DNA of 64,000 bases from Felis catus (Eukaryota): positions 167,402,001 through 167,466,000 of the forward strand of contig NC_058368.1 in assembly GCF_018350175.1 (NCBI RefSeq), in the 5' to 3' direction. Within the stretch, counting starts at the first letter, position 1. Every line of letters begins with the position of its first letter. The notes under the pieces were generated by a model, which ran no database searches, had not been told where the DNA came from, and saw nothing but the letters and a program-made list of their open reading frames with translations. The position numbers and the translations under genes were made by a program. Of the stretch, positions 37,398-49,900 are shown one piece after another.

Positions 37398-38124
37398 CTA
37401 TTCTGGAGCTCCGGGGTCCTAAAACACACACAGTTTTCATCTCTACAGCAAAGAGTGAAGAGTGAGGGACTTCAGAATGAGTCAAGGAGGACACAGTGAG
37501 GTAGGGGGTTTGCAGAAAGGAAAAACCAGAGAGGGAGAAAGAGAAGGAAAGCTGGGCGATGGGAAAAAAGAGAGAGAGAGAGAAATGTTTTCTGCTCATA
37601 TAAACAGTTTCACGATTGAGATCTTTATGTTGAGAAATCAAGCAAACAAATGGGACAAATGCTATTTTGAGGACGGGGTATCACCATTTCAGATAGAAAC
37701 TTTGTCCCACAATATACACTCACAATGCAGGAAGCCCCATACTAACTGGTTGCAAGTCCAAACTATAAGTCAGACCTAGAGCTTCACATGCAGCTAATAT
37801 GTTCTTGAGACCCAGCATGTAAGTCACTAATTTTGGAAACACCATCCCTACCAATCTTTCTAATTACCAAAAACTGAGAACAGAGATGAAAACACTTGGC
37901 AAGTATAAAGCTGTGTCCTGCTGTGAGGGACAGCATTACCCAGAATGGCTGCTTCCTATAACTGAGAAGCGTGACCACCTGCCCAATAAGCAACCAAGTT
38001 TGTATCCTTCTTCCCTCTGCTACCACATCCATTGTAGGCGTGGTTCACGCCTTTTTTTGTGCTAAGATTCAAAAGGTTCATGAACCTAAAGTTCATTCAC
38101 GCATGGAAAGTAAGACACAGGGCA

Positions 38125-38325
38125 ACGGTTTGTACTGGAGAGAACACACAGCTGGCTGTGATGCAGGGGCCTTGGGTTTCAGTCCTTTTTCTGTCATCAA
38201 CTTCCAGTGTGACCCTGCATATATCAGACACTGTCCAGGGCTCTGTTTCCTTATCTGTGAAGAGAGGGTGCTGAAATGAGATGAGAGGAGGGGGCAGTTG
38301 AAGGGCTCTAGCCCTACATTCCTTA
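38125..38325 (+). mobile_element. MIR-family fragment
   Basis: ccttgggtttcagtcc...tctgtcatcaact...gtgtgaccctg...gggctctgtttccttatctgtgaa. Confidence 0.7.
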
Positions 38326-38574
38326 ATGCTAAGGTGGCATATTGTTTATTTTGCTCCAAAATATAACCATAATCTTTCTCAAAATATGTTCAGTTTGGTC
38401 ACTGATCTAGCAAATAAATGTCTGTCATGTTGCTACATGAAAAAGCAGATTATAATACATAAAATAATTTTGGTCATGTTAACATATTCACACATATGTA
38501 TCTTAAGCTCTGTATAAGAAAATCAACAGTCTCAATGGTAGTGTTAGGAATAAAGTTTATTTTTATCAGCATCC

Positions 38575-38654
38575 TTTTTAAAAAATGTTTATTTATTTAT
38601 TTTGAAAGAGAGAGAGAGAGAGGAATGTGGAGGGACAGAGGGAAAAAGAGAGAA

Positions 38655-38708
<54 letters not shown>

Positions 38709-38796
38709 CCAAGCAGGCTCCATGCTTAATGCAGAGCCCAACACAAGCACCCATACCCCAACTGTGAGATCATGACCTAAGTCACCCAGGCACCCC
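38575..38796 (-). mobile_element. Can-SINE with expanded (GA)n and a short internal deletion near the head
   Basis: tgtttatttatttattttgaaagagagag...tcccaagcaggctcca...actgtgagatcatgacctaagtcacccaggcacccc. Degenerate target-site duplication tatcagcatcct / tatgagcatact. Confidence 0.92.
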
Positions 38797-38807
38797 TATG
38801 AGCATAC

Positions 38808-38948
38808 TATTTATTTATTTATTTACTTACTTACTTACTTATTTTTTACTGTAAGTAACCTCTACACCCAACATGGGGCTAGAACTCATGACCTTGGGAT
38901 CAAGGGTCAAGGGTTGCATGCTCTTCTAACTGAGCCAGCCATGTGCCC
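38808..38948 (-). mobile_element. Short-type carnivore tRNA-derived SINE with (TTTA/CTTA)n tail
   Basis: aagtaacctctacacccaacatggggctagaactcatgacc..ggatcaag...tgcatgctcttctaactgagccagccatgtgccc. Confidence 0.9.
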
Positions 38949-39284
38949 ATAAAAATATATATTTCTAGTTTTCTTCAATGACAATGAATTTCTCTTACAA
39001 TCAGAAAAGTAATGTTAGAATTAAAAAGCTAAGTTACCACACCCAGCTATTTTCAGGACATCTTCCAAGATTACCCCAACAAACATTTGTGGCAGGCTAT
39101 GAATGTATGAGCGTGTGCATGGAACAAAGCACTGAGATTCAGTGAGAAGAATTATGACACTTAGGAAAAAACAACTGAAACATTTGAGAGATCAAAAATT
39201 AAAATCTGTTAGAAGGCTTAGAAGAATTTGGATCATCAACAAGTGATAAACTCAGGGTACAAAAAAATTGTAACTACTGCTTGA

Positions 39285-39511
39285 AGGGTGCCTGGGTGGC
39301 TCAGTCAGTTAACCATCTGACTCTTCATTTCGGCTCAGGTCAAGATCTCATGGTTCATGGGTTCGAGTCCCAAGTCAGGCTCTGCACTGAGAGCCTGCTT
39401 GAGATTCTCTCCATCTCTCAGTCTCTCCATCTCTGTCTCTCTGCCTCTCCCCCACTTGCTCACGCGTGCGCGCGCTCTCTCTCAAAATAAATACATAAAC
39501 TTAAAAAAAAA
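39285..39511 (+). mobile_element. Can-SINE, antisense to EFNA5
   Basis: gggtgcctgggtggctcagtcagttaa head, B-box gggttcgagtcc, CT tract and aataaa/A tail; tactgctt repeated on both flanks. Confidence 0.95.
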
Positions 39512-40772
39512 TACTGCTTTAATTAATTTGCAGGAATTCTAGCTAGGAGAATTCTCTTATAATCAACTTAAAATTCATTAAGATTGGGCTTTTCTGTATC
39601 CTTCCTTACACTTCCATATCTTCTCTTTCCATAAAGTCTGTACCACTTTGCTTCCTGTGGGGATGAGCTGAATTTGCTGATGTGACATCAAAGGTGTGAA
39701 GCCACACCTGCCCCAGTACATCGAAGTGCTGATTGTGAGCATGCTGCATGTAGCAAACCTCACACTGGATCGAGGTTTTCTCTGTATGAGAGCAGCAAGG
39801 GAAATGGGTTGAAAGCATTAAGAAAATAATGTTAAAGCTCAGGAGAGCTTTCAGGAAGTCGTAATATCAATCTCTGAACCAGAAGCAATGATTAGAGAGA
39901 GAGGGGACAACAGGAACTTTATCAGGTTTAAATAGGAGGCAGGGACATAACTTCGGCATCCCTGTCCTGATCTCCTCACCTTTGAGACTGGGCTGGCTTC
40001 AGGTCAGCCCCAGAGCCAGCGTATCAGCGTATCTGACTTCGAGAGCCAAGAGGAGTTTCTGTCCACTGTATTGTCCTCTAGGGATGTGTCTCAGCCTGTC
40101 CCCATACTCTTTGTCGCCCCTGTCACAACTCACGCCCTGGGATGCCTTCTGATGAAGATGAAACAGCATCCAAGCCGCCCCTACCTCAGGGTAGACTAGA
40201 GCAATGCTGTGCTCTAGCAAAGGTGGGGGCAAAACACGGAGGCGATGCTGCTTCAAAATCTATTGTCTGCACATCCTCAGGGGACAAGGGGGAGAAATTC
40301 TGCACATAATTTTCCAGAGAAACAAAGCATTACAGAGGATTCTGGGCCCAGACGTTCTCCTTCCCTGCTGCAACTCCTTTCTCTGGGGTGCTGAACAGTT
40401 TCATTTCCTGCCTGAGCTTTCTACAGTGAACTCGAATAACTCAGCCCTCTGCCATCCTGACAGTTTAGTTAAACCCACAGAGCAGAATGTTACAAATAGA
40501 ATCCCAGGCAAGAGGGGAGTTGCCCATAGGCTCAAATTAACTACCAGTCCCCAAGTAGCTAACCTTCACTTATCACACAGAAAGAACTCTGAAGCAAAAC
40601 CAAATCCATGAGCAAAATTCATCATGCCAGGAAAGAGAACAGGAGAAAATAAACACCTCAAGTCCGTAGCTACTGTTTCCAACTCTCCCTCCTGACTCCA
40701 GGTCCTGACAGAGACCGCGTTTGTAGCCGTTCCTCTGCCTGGAGAAGCAAATCTGTTTTTAATGCAAAACTT

Positions 40773-40777
<5 letters not shown>

Positions 40778-40813
<36 letters not shown>

Positions 40814-40817
40814 TTTT
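40778..40817. repeat. (CT)n followed by poly(T)
   Basis: Direct reading. Confidence 0.9.
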
Positions 40818-43800
40818 GTCCTTGAGACCAGCACTGAGCTCACTGAGGAAGCAGGGCCTAAGGGTTTACACCTGTGACCCAAACTTTCCATTCTGAGATT
40901 TTTTTTTTAAAGAAAAACAATTCAAGGCAAGTTTCTGAACCACTGCTTTTTCCTTAGGCCAATGGTCACCAACAGCGATAGGAGAGCTTCCCCCCCCCTT
41001 TCCAAATGTGACCTAAATTATGACTTAAAATACAGCAGACTTCACCTTCAGTGCCTTCCAAGTCCCTCCCCAAGGCCATCTATTCTTGCATACCTGGAAG
41101 GAGTGAACCTCAACAGTTAAGCCTGTAAAGATCATGGCTGATGGCTGCCTAAAATCACAACCCCATGTCATTTCTTTCTATTTCTTAGATCTCGCTCTGT
41201 CACAACACAGGTAGAACAGCAGAAGAATTAACATGGCCAGGTGAATCTGCAAAATGAACTGCGGACTTCTCTTACTAGGGTACAACACCAAGGTTCTCCT
41301 GTTCTACTCCGAGGATATCACATAAATATGGGGCTCTGCCTCAGAGAGCGTGAGCTGACACAACCGTGAAGCCACGATGGCATTCAGGAAATTATGGTAG
41401 TTAGCTTGTGAGAACTTAAGTCCAACACAAATGAACATCAAATAAATAGGTAGCTAGATAATTACCAGAGGTTTTATTCCCAAGCAAATCCATCAGAGCG
41501 GCATTAAAAATGTAATGAATGGTAATAATGATCCTCTTTCTCTCCATCTCTGGCTGCTCCAGTTTGTTTGCAGAAATGTTCCCTCATTTTAAATGTATTG
41601 GTGTGGTGTGTCAGTACACCAGAAACAAGGGGGGGGGGGGTCTCTCAAAGATCTACACACAATCTAAGCAAACAGAGCCTGAGATCCTCATGAAAAAAAC
41701 GAGAGGGGGAGTAAGCTAGGCTTCATGACTGCTGGTGGTCAGACTGCATGGTGTGCTCCATGGTGTAGACCCAGCAACACTGGAGGTAAGAACCGATCCC
41801 TCACGGCCCCCTCCAGCTTGCAAGGAGGCTAACTCGCACAAGTCACCAGCTTCTAGACACCGTGATTCTAGAGGTGGTGCCTGAGGTATTTAGAGATGGC
41901 TCCCTTTGCTCCAACAGTCCGTCCTTGCACTACCCATGTTTCGCTCTGACACCAAAATTCCACTGTGGATTCAGAGACAATGAACAACTCATAAATCGTG
42001 TTAAGCCATGGTCTGTGTCAAAGGTGCAGGTATTAAATGCTGAGTCACTGCTATGCTTTGCAGAGATAATACTTTATCCTCCCTGTCCTCATATTCCAGC
42101 CAGTCAGCTAGACTTGGAGAAAAATAACTCAAGCAGAGCTGGGCACCAGTGCTGAAACGATAGAAATGGTTTCTCTGTCCCGAAATCCCTCTCCGCCTCC
42201 CACACCTCTGCAAGCCTCCGTGCCTGCCTGTTTTAATGAATCACACACACAGGCACACAGCTGATGTCACTGAGCCTAATTTGGGTGAGTGGAACGCTAC
42301 CCTTCCCAGCTGTGTTGCATCAGGAATATTCTTGCGAAATCAACTTAGAAACACTTGCTTTGTGACACTTGCCTTTTCTTGTTTCTGTCACAGTCAGTGA
42401 AGTCAGGTCTTCTGTTCAAAAGCCACTCCCTTGGTGTCTCATAGAGGAGATAAGGCAAGCTCACCACTGGCCATGATACAAATCAGTGTGTGTGTGTGGG
42501 GGGGGGTCTGCCAGCAAGATGCACAGAGCCGCCAACCTTTGGGGTAGACTGCTAGGGAAGGTGCAGAGGTCTTGGCACTTGAGCCCAGTCTTGTACAGGT
42601 GTGACAGCCGGAGTCAGGGGGAGACAAGCAAGACTGCTGGGCACAGAGAGATACCTTACAAGAAATTCCAACCCGAAGTTCATTGCAAAGAGTGTACGTT
42701 TGTCTCAAGTCTTTCATTCTTGCACAGTCTGGATCTCTAGCCTGTGCCCTTCTTTGGTGGAGCCTTAGTCTTAATAAGGAAAACCAATCTTTAGAAGACT
42801 ACTAAGAGGTTACAGAGCAATTTACATTTAAATAGGTAATTACTGAACAAAATCGAAATATAAATCTAAAGGAATGATTATAATGGTGGAATCTGAGACA
42901 ACATGACAAGTGAGGGGCCCTCTCAGCATCCATCAAATCTCATCACTTGAGGCAGTATTTTCAAAGCAAATGATCTAGACCTCTAGCAGTATTATGAGAA
43001 CTACAGGTGATACATAGATATAGCATTAACAAACAATGGATCACATAATAGGAAAATTATTCCTGTATGAACCCTCTTTCAAGTCGTCAAGGAGAAAATC
43101 TCAGTATGGTGCTAACAGGTCTTTAACACTTCTCTAACAATGGCTAATCTCTACTTTTAACAAACAGAAAGTACAGCTATGTCTGCTTACTTATGGGAAG
43201 TAATATTATTCATGACAAATCGATGTTTAGAAGGACATAAAACTTCCATAGAAAACAATTAGGTAAAAAAATCTTAGGCTCTATTAAAAACATATATTAA
43301 GTAAATTCTAGCATAGACGATACATGCATGATACATGCAAAAATTCTGAAAGTGGCACATGGATGACCAGATTTGGGGAAAAAATGTCTCATAGCCTGTT
43401 CATAAGGCAGCTTTATGTTTTGGCTTTACTGACCACGAAGTAAAACCTAAGATTGAGAACCAGAAGGAAAAGCCAGCTCTGAGCACTAATGGCGGCCAGA
43501 CCCTGAGGCAGGGCATGGAAATGCTAGTGTGCTCCCTTTCCCAGGCAGCGGCAGGAAAGAGAGCCGTGTGACCCACTGTCCAAAGTCCTTTCCTTTGCAC
43601 AGCAGACCAAAAATAATCAGGAAAAGTAACTAACGTATGGATGCATACACACATCTTGACATCAAGATCAGGCTGAAGGGCTTTTTTTTATTTTTTCAGT
43701 AAATTCATAATCCTACTATAATTATAGGAAGGAAAACATTTAAAGCCAAATTTTGAGATGCAACACAGCATTTAGTTCTTTTCGTGACCTATTTATGCTT

Positions 43801-44421
43801 CATTTAATGCTCAACACCACTGACATCTTTGTAGAATTGTTAATACACAAAGCCATATAACTTTCTTTTTTAAAAGCAGAGTTCTATAAAATGTGCTTTA
43901 AAACATGTGTAAAGAAATGCAAAATCACAATTTTTTAAAAGGGAAGAAATCTTGACTGTCCTTTGTTTTGTCAGAAAGAAAGTTTATCACCCAATAAAAA
44001 AGAAATTATACTTACAGCTTTAAATGGGCAAGGCTCACATTGTCAAAATGCACATATTTTGTTGAAAACAGTCTCCCTCAGGCAGAAAAACAAAATTGCT
44101 CTTAATGACAGAACTTTTTAGATTGTACTTGGGAGGGAAGGGTGTTTATGCGAAATAAAGCTAATGAGTCACAGAGCAAAACAAAATGAATGGAGTCAGT
44201 CCTCACTCGTCAGTGCATAACTTGATAAGAACTAGGGCCCTGCCAGCAGGAATCAGTAAAGGTCCATTCTGGGCTGTACCCAGAGCCAGGTGACCTTCTT
44301 TAGAATGTGCTTTTGAAATCTTCCAGGGCTAAACAATCACACCTGTAGAAATCAAGGAATGTGCCCCAAGGTGTGAGTTGAAACCTCACCATTTTTGGTA
44401 TTCCACCAACTTCAACAGGTT

Positions 44422-44453
44422 TTTGTTTGTTTGTTTGTTTGTTTGTTTGTTTG
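44422..44453. repeat. (TTTG)n tetranucleotide repeat
   Basis: Direct reading. Confidence 0.92.
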
Positions 44454-44787
44454 AAACATACATTTAAGCTTATAGTTTAGGAAACTCCTCTTAATTAATC
44501 CTTCATATTTCAACATGAATTCATTGCCTACATAGGATACAGTAATGCCTAGTTGCAAAGTAAAAACAAAAAAAATGAGGTCAAACAGGTTATTTGGCAT
44601 CCCTTAAGTACTAGGAAATACAGCTACTTAACTAAATGACTTTTTTTTTTTAAAGGAACAAGCTTGCAATGTTGTCAAACCAGTTTGTGTGTTGATAAGA
44701 GTACAGAATTTAATTACTTATGGGTGGTTGAAGAGAATCAGGCTTCCAGCACGCTTAGTGAAATTCAAACCACGTTCATTGTGCTCA

Positions 44788-44935
44788 GCAGGACCCACTA
44801 CACAATACGCAGGGCCCAGTGCAAAAAGAAACCTAAGACCCTTTTGTCAAGAATTACTAAGAATTTCAAGATGGCAGCAACAGAACATTAAATCAAGTGC
44901 CAGGCCCTGACTTCACAGGTCCGACATCCACGTGG
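44788..44935 (+). mobile_element. MER91A-like hAT-Tip100 DNA transposon relic
   Basis: ctacacaatacgcagggcccagtgcaaaaagaaa...aattactaagaatttcaagatggcagcaacagaacattaaatcaagtg...ggccctg follows the MER91A consensus as recalled. Confidence 0.75.
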
Positions 44936-45894
44936 CCGTTACTCCTCCTTCCAGACCCTAAAAAAGTTCTTTCCAAACCAGTGTCACAGAGGTGCCCATC
45001 CTACGTTCAAATGAAAATGCACCATCAGATGCCCCAAACAATATTTCCCTTAACAGATTCTAAGATTGATATAATTCTGGTATTTCCTCCTTCTCTCAGT
45101 TGCCCCCGCCCCGTGCCAGGCCCGAATAAAGACTTCTCAAAATATTTCAGTTTCCTGCTGCGGAGCTAAGACAGGAATTGCGTGGTTGTGAACAACAGGC
45201 AGTTCAGTATATTGTAAAGGAAGATGTTAACAATCATCTGAAAGTCAAGGCTTGTAGCCCACCACTGTCTGGCTGACCTTGTCACAGTGGCGTCTTTCTT
45301 TTCTTGTTAATGTGTCTTTCAACACTCAAACAGGATGTCAGCTATGAGAGAAAGTTACTGCCCTTTTCCTATCATGAACCCCAGAGTCGTTTCTTGTTAC
45401 CACACAGGAATCCTTGTTACTTTCCAGAGATCCCATATGCATTGTGGCTTAACCTCCAAATGAAGTAGATGTGTGATACCTTAAAAGTAGACAGAGGCAC
45501 ACACAAACACCAGGAAGATAAGTCATTCTACAGATTCTGCCTCGGAATTCTAGCATCTTTTCTTGTTTCTCCGTTTAGAAGCTTCAAATTATCCTCTTTG
45601 AGTTTAACAACTCTTTCTGGCAATGAAATATGAAGAGGTGATGATTTCCTCCAAATTAGGAGGACATTAACAATTAAGTGTTAATGCGAACACCGTTAAC
45701 AGTAATGCAATTATAACTGTATTCCACAAAGGGCAATAGGAAATAATTACTCTGATTCTCAAGTGATAGTTCTAGGAGAATGAGATTCTCAGTCTAAAAT
45801 TCATCAAGAGGGGCTCTGAAACTCAGAAACACACCTACAGCTGGAGGAGCCTCTCCTTCCCTGTAAGGATAAGCCCATCCGGCGCGAATGCAAG

Positions 45895-45896
<2 letters not shown>

Positions 45897-45928
<32 letters not shown>
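45897..45928. repeat. (CT)16 microsatellite
   Basis: Direct reading. Confidence 0.93.
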
Positions 45929-45930
<2 letters not shown>

Positions 45931-46772
45931 CCGTCTGCTTTTGTTCCTGTAAAATGGCTGTAGTGGGGTTCCTGGGACCCTAACTTGCTGCTCTCGGGGC
46001 TGTCACACAGTCCTGAACAAGGCTTATCTGAATAGTCATAGATGCCATTTTAAGCTTCCCAGCTGGACCCAAAGTAAATGACATCCAATCATCATTGTAT
46101 GGCTTCTAAGGATGATGAAGTGTATCCCAGGAAATGACTAATCTCCAATTACCATATGCATGTCAGCACTGAGACTGGACCAGAGAGAGAGGTATGATAG
46201 CAGATAAACCATTAATGCCTGTCTCAGTCTTATTTGATTAAGATTGGAGAACTACACAGAGCAGCTGATAGAATCAGTCAATTTCTAATGTTTTCCCTTA
46301 ATGATGCAGAGATGGAAGTTTAAAATGTGCCTCCAAATTCCACAACAAACTTCGATTTTAGCAGTCCTTCCTTCAACCATCCATAAATCCTTCTCCCTTT
46401 TCATTCACCAAAGATTATTAATAATAGATGAAATGACTTTTTTGAAATTTCACTTCTCTAGTCTCTATTTTCTGATGGGCTTGTCCACAAGAAGAATCAT
46501 AAAATGAAATCAGTGGAAAGGGGTCTTTTTTGGTTTTGGTCTCTTTCCTTCAGTATAAGCCCATCTATTAACAAACTCTGAAGATTTCCTTTTTCACTCT
46601 CTTGCTCAGAGACATCAGAGTGTATTCTAACACGGCAAGTTCATCCAGGACTTACTATCCCATGTGTGAGTTACTGTTCTCACATCCCAGCAGACTCCCT
46701 TTTCCTGCTCTGTTCTCCTCTCCTAGTTCATTAGGACTTCCCAGATGAAGAACACCAACGACTCCCTGTTCT

Positions 46773-46991
46773 TTTTTTTTTTCCTCTTTTAATTTTTTTT
46801 TAATGTTTCTTTATTTTTGAGACAGAGCATGAACAGGGGAGGGTCAGAGAGAGGGAGACAAAGAACCTGAAGCAGGCTCCAGGCTCCAAGCTGTCAGCAC
46901 AGAGCCGATGCGGGCCTCGAACTCACAGACTGTGAGATCATGACATGAGCCGAAGTCGGATGCTTAACCGACTGAGCCACCCAGGCGCCCC
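46773..46991 (-). mobile_element. Can-SINE (felid type), sense to EFNA5
   Basis: ...gagatcatgacatgagccgaagtcggatgcttaaccgactgagccacccaggcgcccc. Target-site duplication caacgactccctgttct (46756-46772) / caatgactccctattct (46992-47008), two transitions. Confidence 0.97.
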
Positions 46992-49900
46992 CAATGACTC
47001 CCTATTCTGTGAAAGCAAATCGAACTCATGCTTGGTCCTTCACATACTCCACGTTTTAGTACCTTTCCAACTTTAACTCCCAGGACTCTTCTGTCAACCT
47101 GGTCTTCTCTCCTGCCCTGCCACCTCCCACCTCCAGCCCTCTGTTGATTCGTCCTTTTCCCTCAATTCCCTCATTCTTCCCCTGGGCTTTTTTTCGGTGG
47201 CTAGGCTCTTCTATCAAGCTTTTACCACCTTCATAGTCCACAAAGAACTCTCCCTTTTCTGAGATCCAAAAGGACTGAGAACATTATTACATGTGAAACA
47301 TGTGTTTATAGAGATTAGCTGTGCTAAATTCAGGGCATGGTCTCAATTGCACTTCATTCATATTCCTTGGCATCGATAAGGACCATGTCTCCATCTTCTC
47401 TTTTGGGCTACATAGTCTACAAGTTCATGCTAGTCACTGAGGATAGAAACATCAGTCCTCTAACTGAACAGTGTAGCCTGGATAACTGATAATGAACCAC
47501 TTCTACTAATACGTTAGTAAGCTTATAGAGTAAACAATATAACTAACTATGAAAGTAAAAATAAATAGCCCTGTCTGGGCTGAAAAATAAAAGTTCTAGA
47601 AACTGTAGAAAAAGCTATAGCTATTCATAGAAAACACATACGCACATGCAGAAAACCATACACACAAAATATAAAATATAAGTTAGTAATTTATGACTCC
47701 AGAAAAACAAGAATAAACGTGGATGTTGAAAGAAATAAACACAAATTCCATCTTTACAGTGCTTGGGGCTAGTTTCACCTCAGTAATTGGACATCTTGCA
47801 GATCTCGGAACTAGTCAAGCCAGTCCTTCCAAACACTTGTTTTATTATGTGTTTTATCACTATCTCACAATGGTCATTTAAGGGTCTATGTCTGTAATGG
47901 GTTAAGACCATGTTTCTCCCAGATACTACAAATAATAACACTAATAGTATTATTAATTATAAAAAATTTTAATTTTTTGACTGTTAAAACACCTGAAGTT
48001 AACGATCCCTTGAGATTTTTTTCTCAGAACCTAAAGGAGAGCATGAGGCAATTTTTACATTCCCGGTTCTTCATTAGCAACTATCAACACTCCAGTTTTC
48101 ATGTTAAAAACATGGGCACTTGAAGACTTGAGCCCATCATAAACTTTGCCCAAAGGACATCAGCAAGAAGTATGCGGCAGGTGAAGGGACAGTGCCTCCC
48201 AGGACACTGGGATTTGTCAGACTGTGTAACAGGATCCCAAGGACCTGTCTCAATCGAGTTAATTAGAGACATCTGCAGCACAGAGATCAAGCCAGGCTAG
48301 CCCTGGCAGCTGATTTGCACCAAAAAGGTACAACTCACGTGGGAGGTAAGAGGGTAGAATGACAAGCAGATAGCAATCAGTAAAGTGAGCCGGCTCAGTC
48401 ATCTGAGCATACTCACTGCTGAAATAAAGCTGGTAGGACCAAGGGATGCAAATGTCGAGCTGATGAAAGGGCTGAAGGATATTTGAATAAACCTTTGATA
48501 TTCTTAGCCCTTGCAGGAATCTCAACACTGTAAATGGAGCCCCCTCCACACCAATCCCCAGCACCTGCTTGAACCCTTTATTCACCTTCGCACTACCTTG
48601 AAGGGTTGCTCACATTCACTCCGAGGACCCTGACCACTGTTTTCCTACAAACAACTCTGCCCTCTTCCAAGATGTTGTTACTGATGGAGCTCAGGGACAC
48701 AGGGTGTCTGAAGTTGTAGCCTTTGTACAGCTGACACTTTGAAACTTTGTCTCTAGAACTGACACTCTACGTATCTCAAATCTTGGCTTAAGAAAGCCAC
48801 ATCATTCCCAAATACTGCATTCCAGGCCTGGTTTTTAAGCAGTCTGGCTCTAGTGAAGTTAGTGGAATATGAGTCTTTTAAAGTACTTCTTTTAGTCATC
48901 CCTTTTGTTGATATCATTCTTAAATTCGCCAAAATGACAGCAGCCAGCTTCTCACATATTCCACTGGATTCCATGGAGTCTGCTTTGCATACATACACTG
49001 AGAGGAGCTACATGTTTTCACCAATGATACACAGGCTGTATACGAGGGATGCTGTCTTGTGTTAGTGTTAACTATAGCTCACTATAGAGGGGGATAGAAC
49101 TATGCCCAAACTCAAGAGTTGTGGTTACGAGAGACCCAATACTCAAAGCTCCATAAATCTGAAAATACAGTTAGCCTAATCATCTATAATTTGGTAGGGG
49201 GTGGATGTCATATCATGACACACTCTTCCAGCTCCAGACCATGTTTTGATTTGATATTCTAATTTATTAATCATGATATCTTCATGTGGCTTTTAACATT
49301 GATGTAATTAATATACCCACTATCATGGCTTACACATAAATCTCCATAAAGATGATGGCCTGGTGGCCTATGGGCCAATTTCTTCTCCCTATGTGTAAGT
49401 TTTGGCCAGCAGAGTGTTTCTTCAGAGAAATGAGAACCAATATTTAGAAATCCCAAGATTCCATACAAAAGTACATACTTCTGCCTTCTTGTGAAAAATT
49501 AGAACATGTGGCATCATTGGTTCCATATTCTTCATTATTCCATATTCTGGAAACATTCTGGCAGAATGGGCGAGCAGCCATCCCCTTCCTTAGGGTCCCT
49601 CCTTTGCAGGGCCCTGAGGGTAGTTTGTACACCAGGCCTAATTTGAGGTACGTGCCTGGCTGCAGCAACCACATAAGCCTGCATCCCCTGCAAAAGAACC
49701 TCTGTCTCTGTCACTTCGCAGAGTTTGTCACGTAATCAATAATATTTTACAGATTGTCTTCTACTTTAAGAAATATTCATCAGCACAGAACAGCCGGAAT
49801 AGAGTTTTCAAGGATTTCAGACAGTCTGAATTCCAATTTTGAATGTAAAAACTCCCCAAAGGATCAGAAACCCTTGCTGAGTTTTCCTACAAGCATGACT

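Noticed and set aside
48090..48750. Moderately GC-rich unique-looking stretch that might be an old LTR or pseudogene
   Set aside because: No termini, TSD or recognisable protein similarity that I can support.
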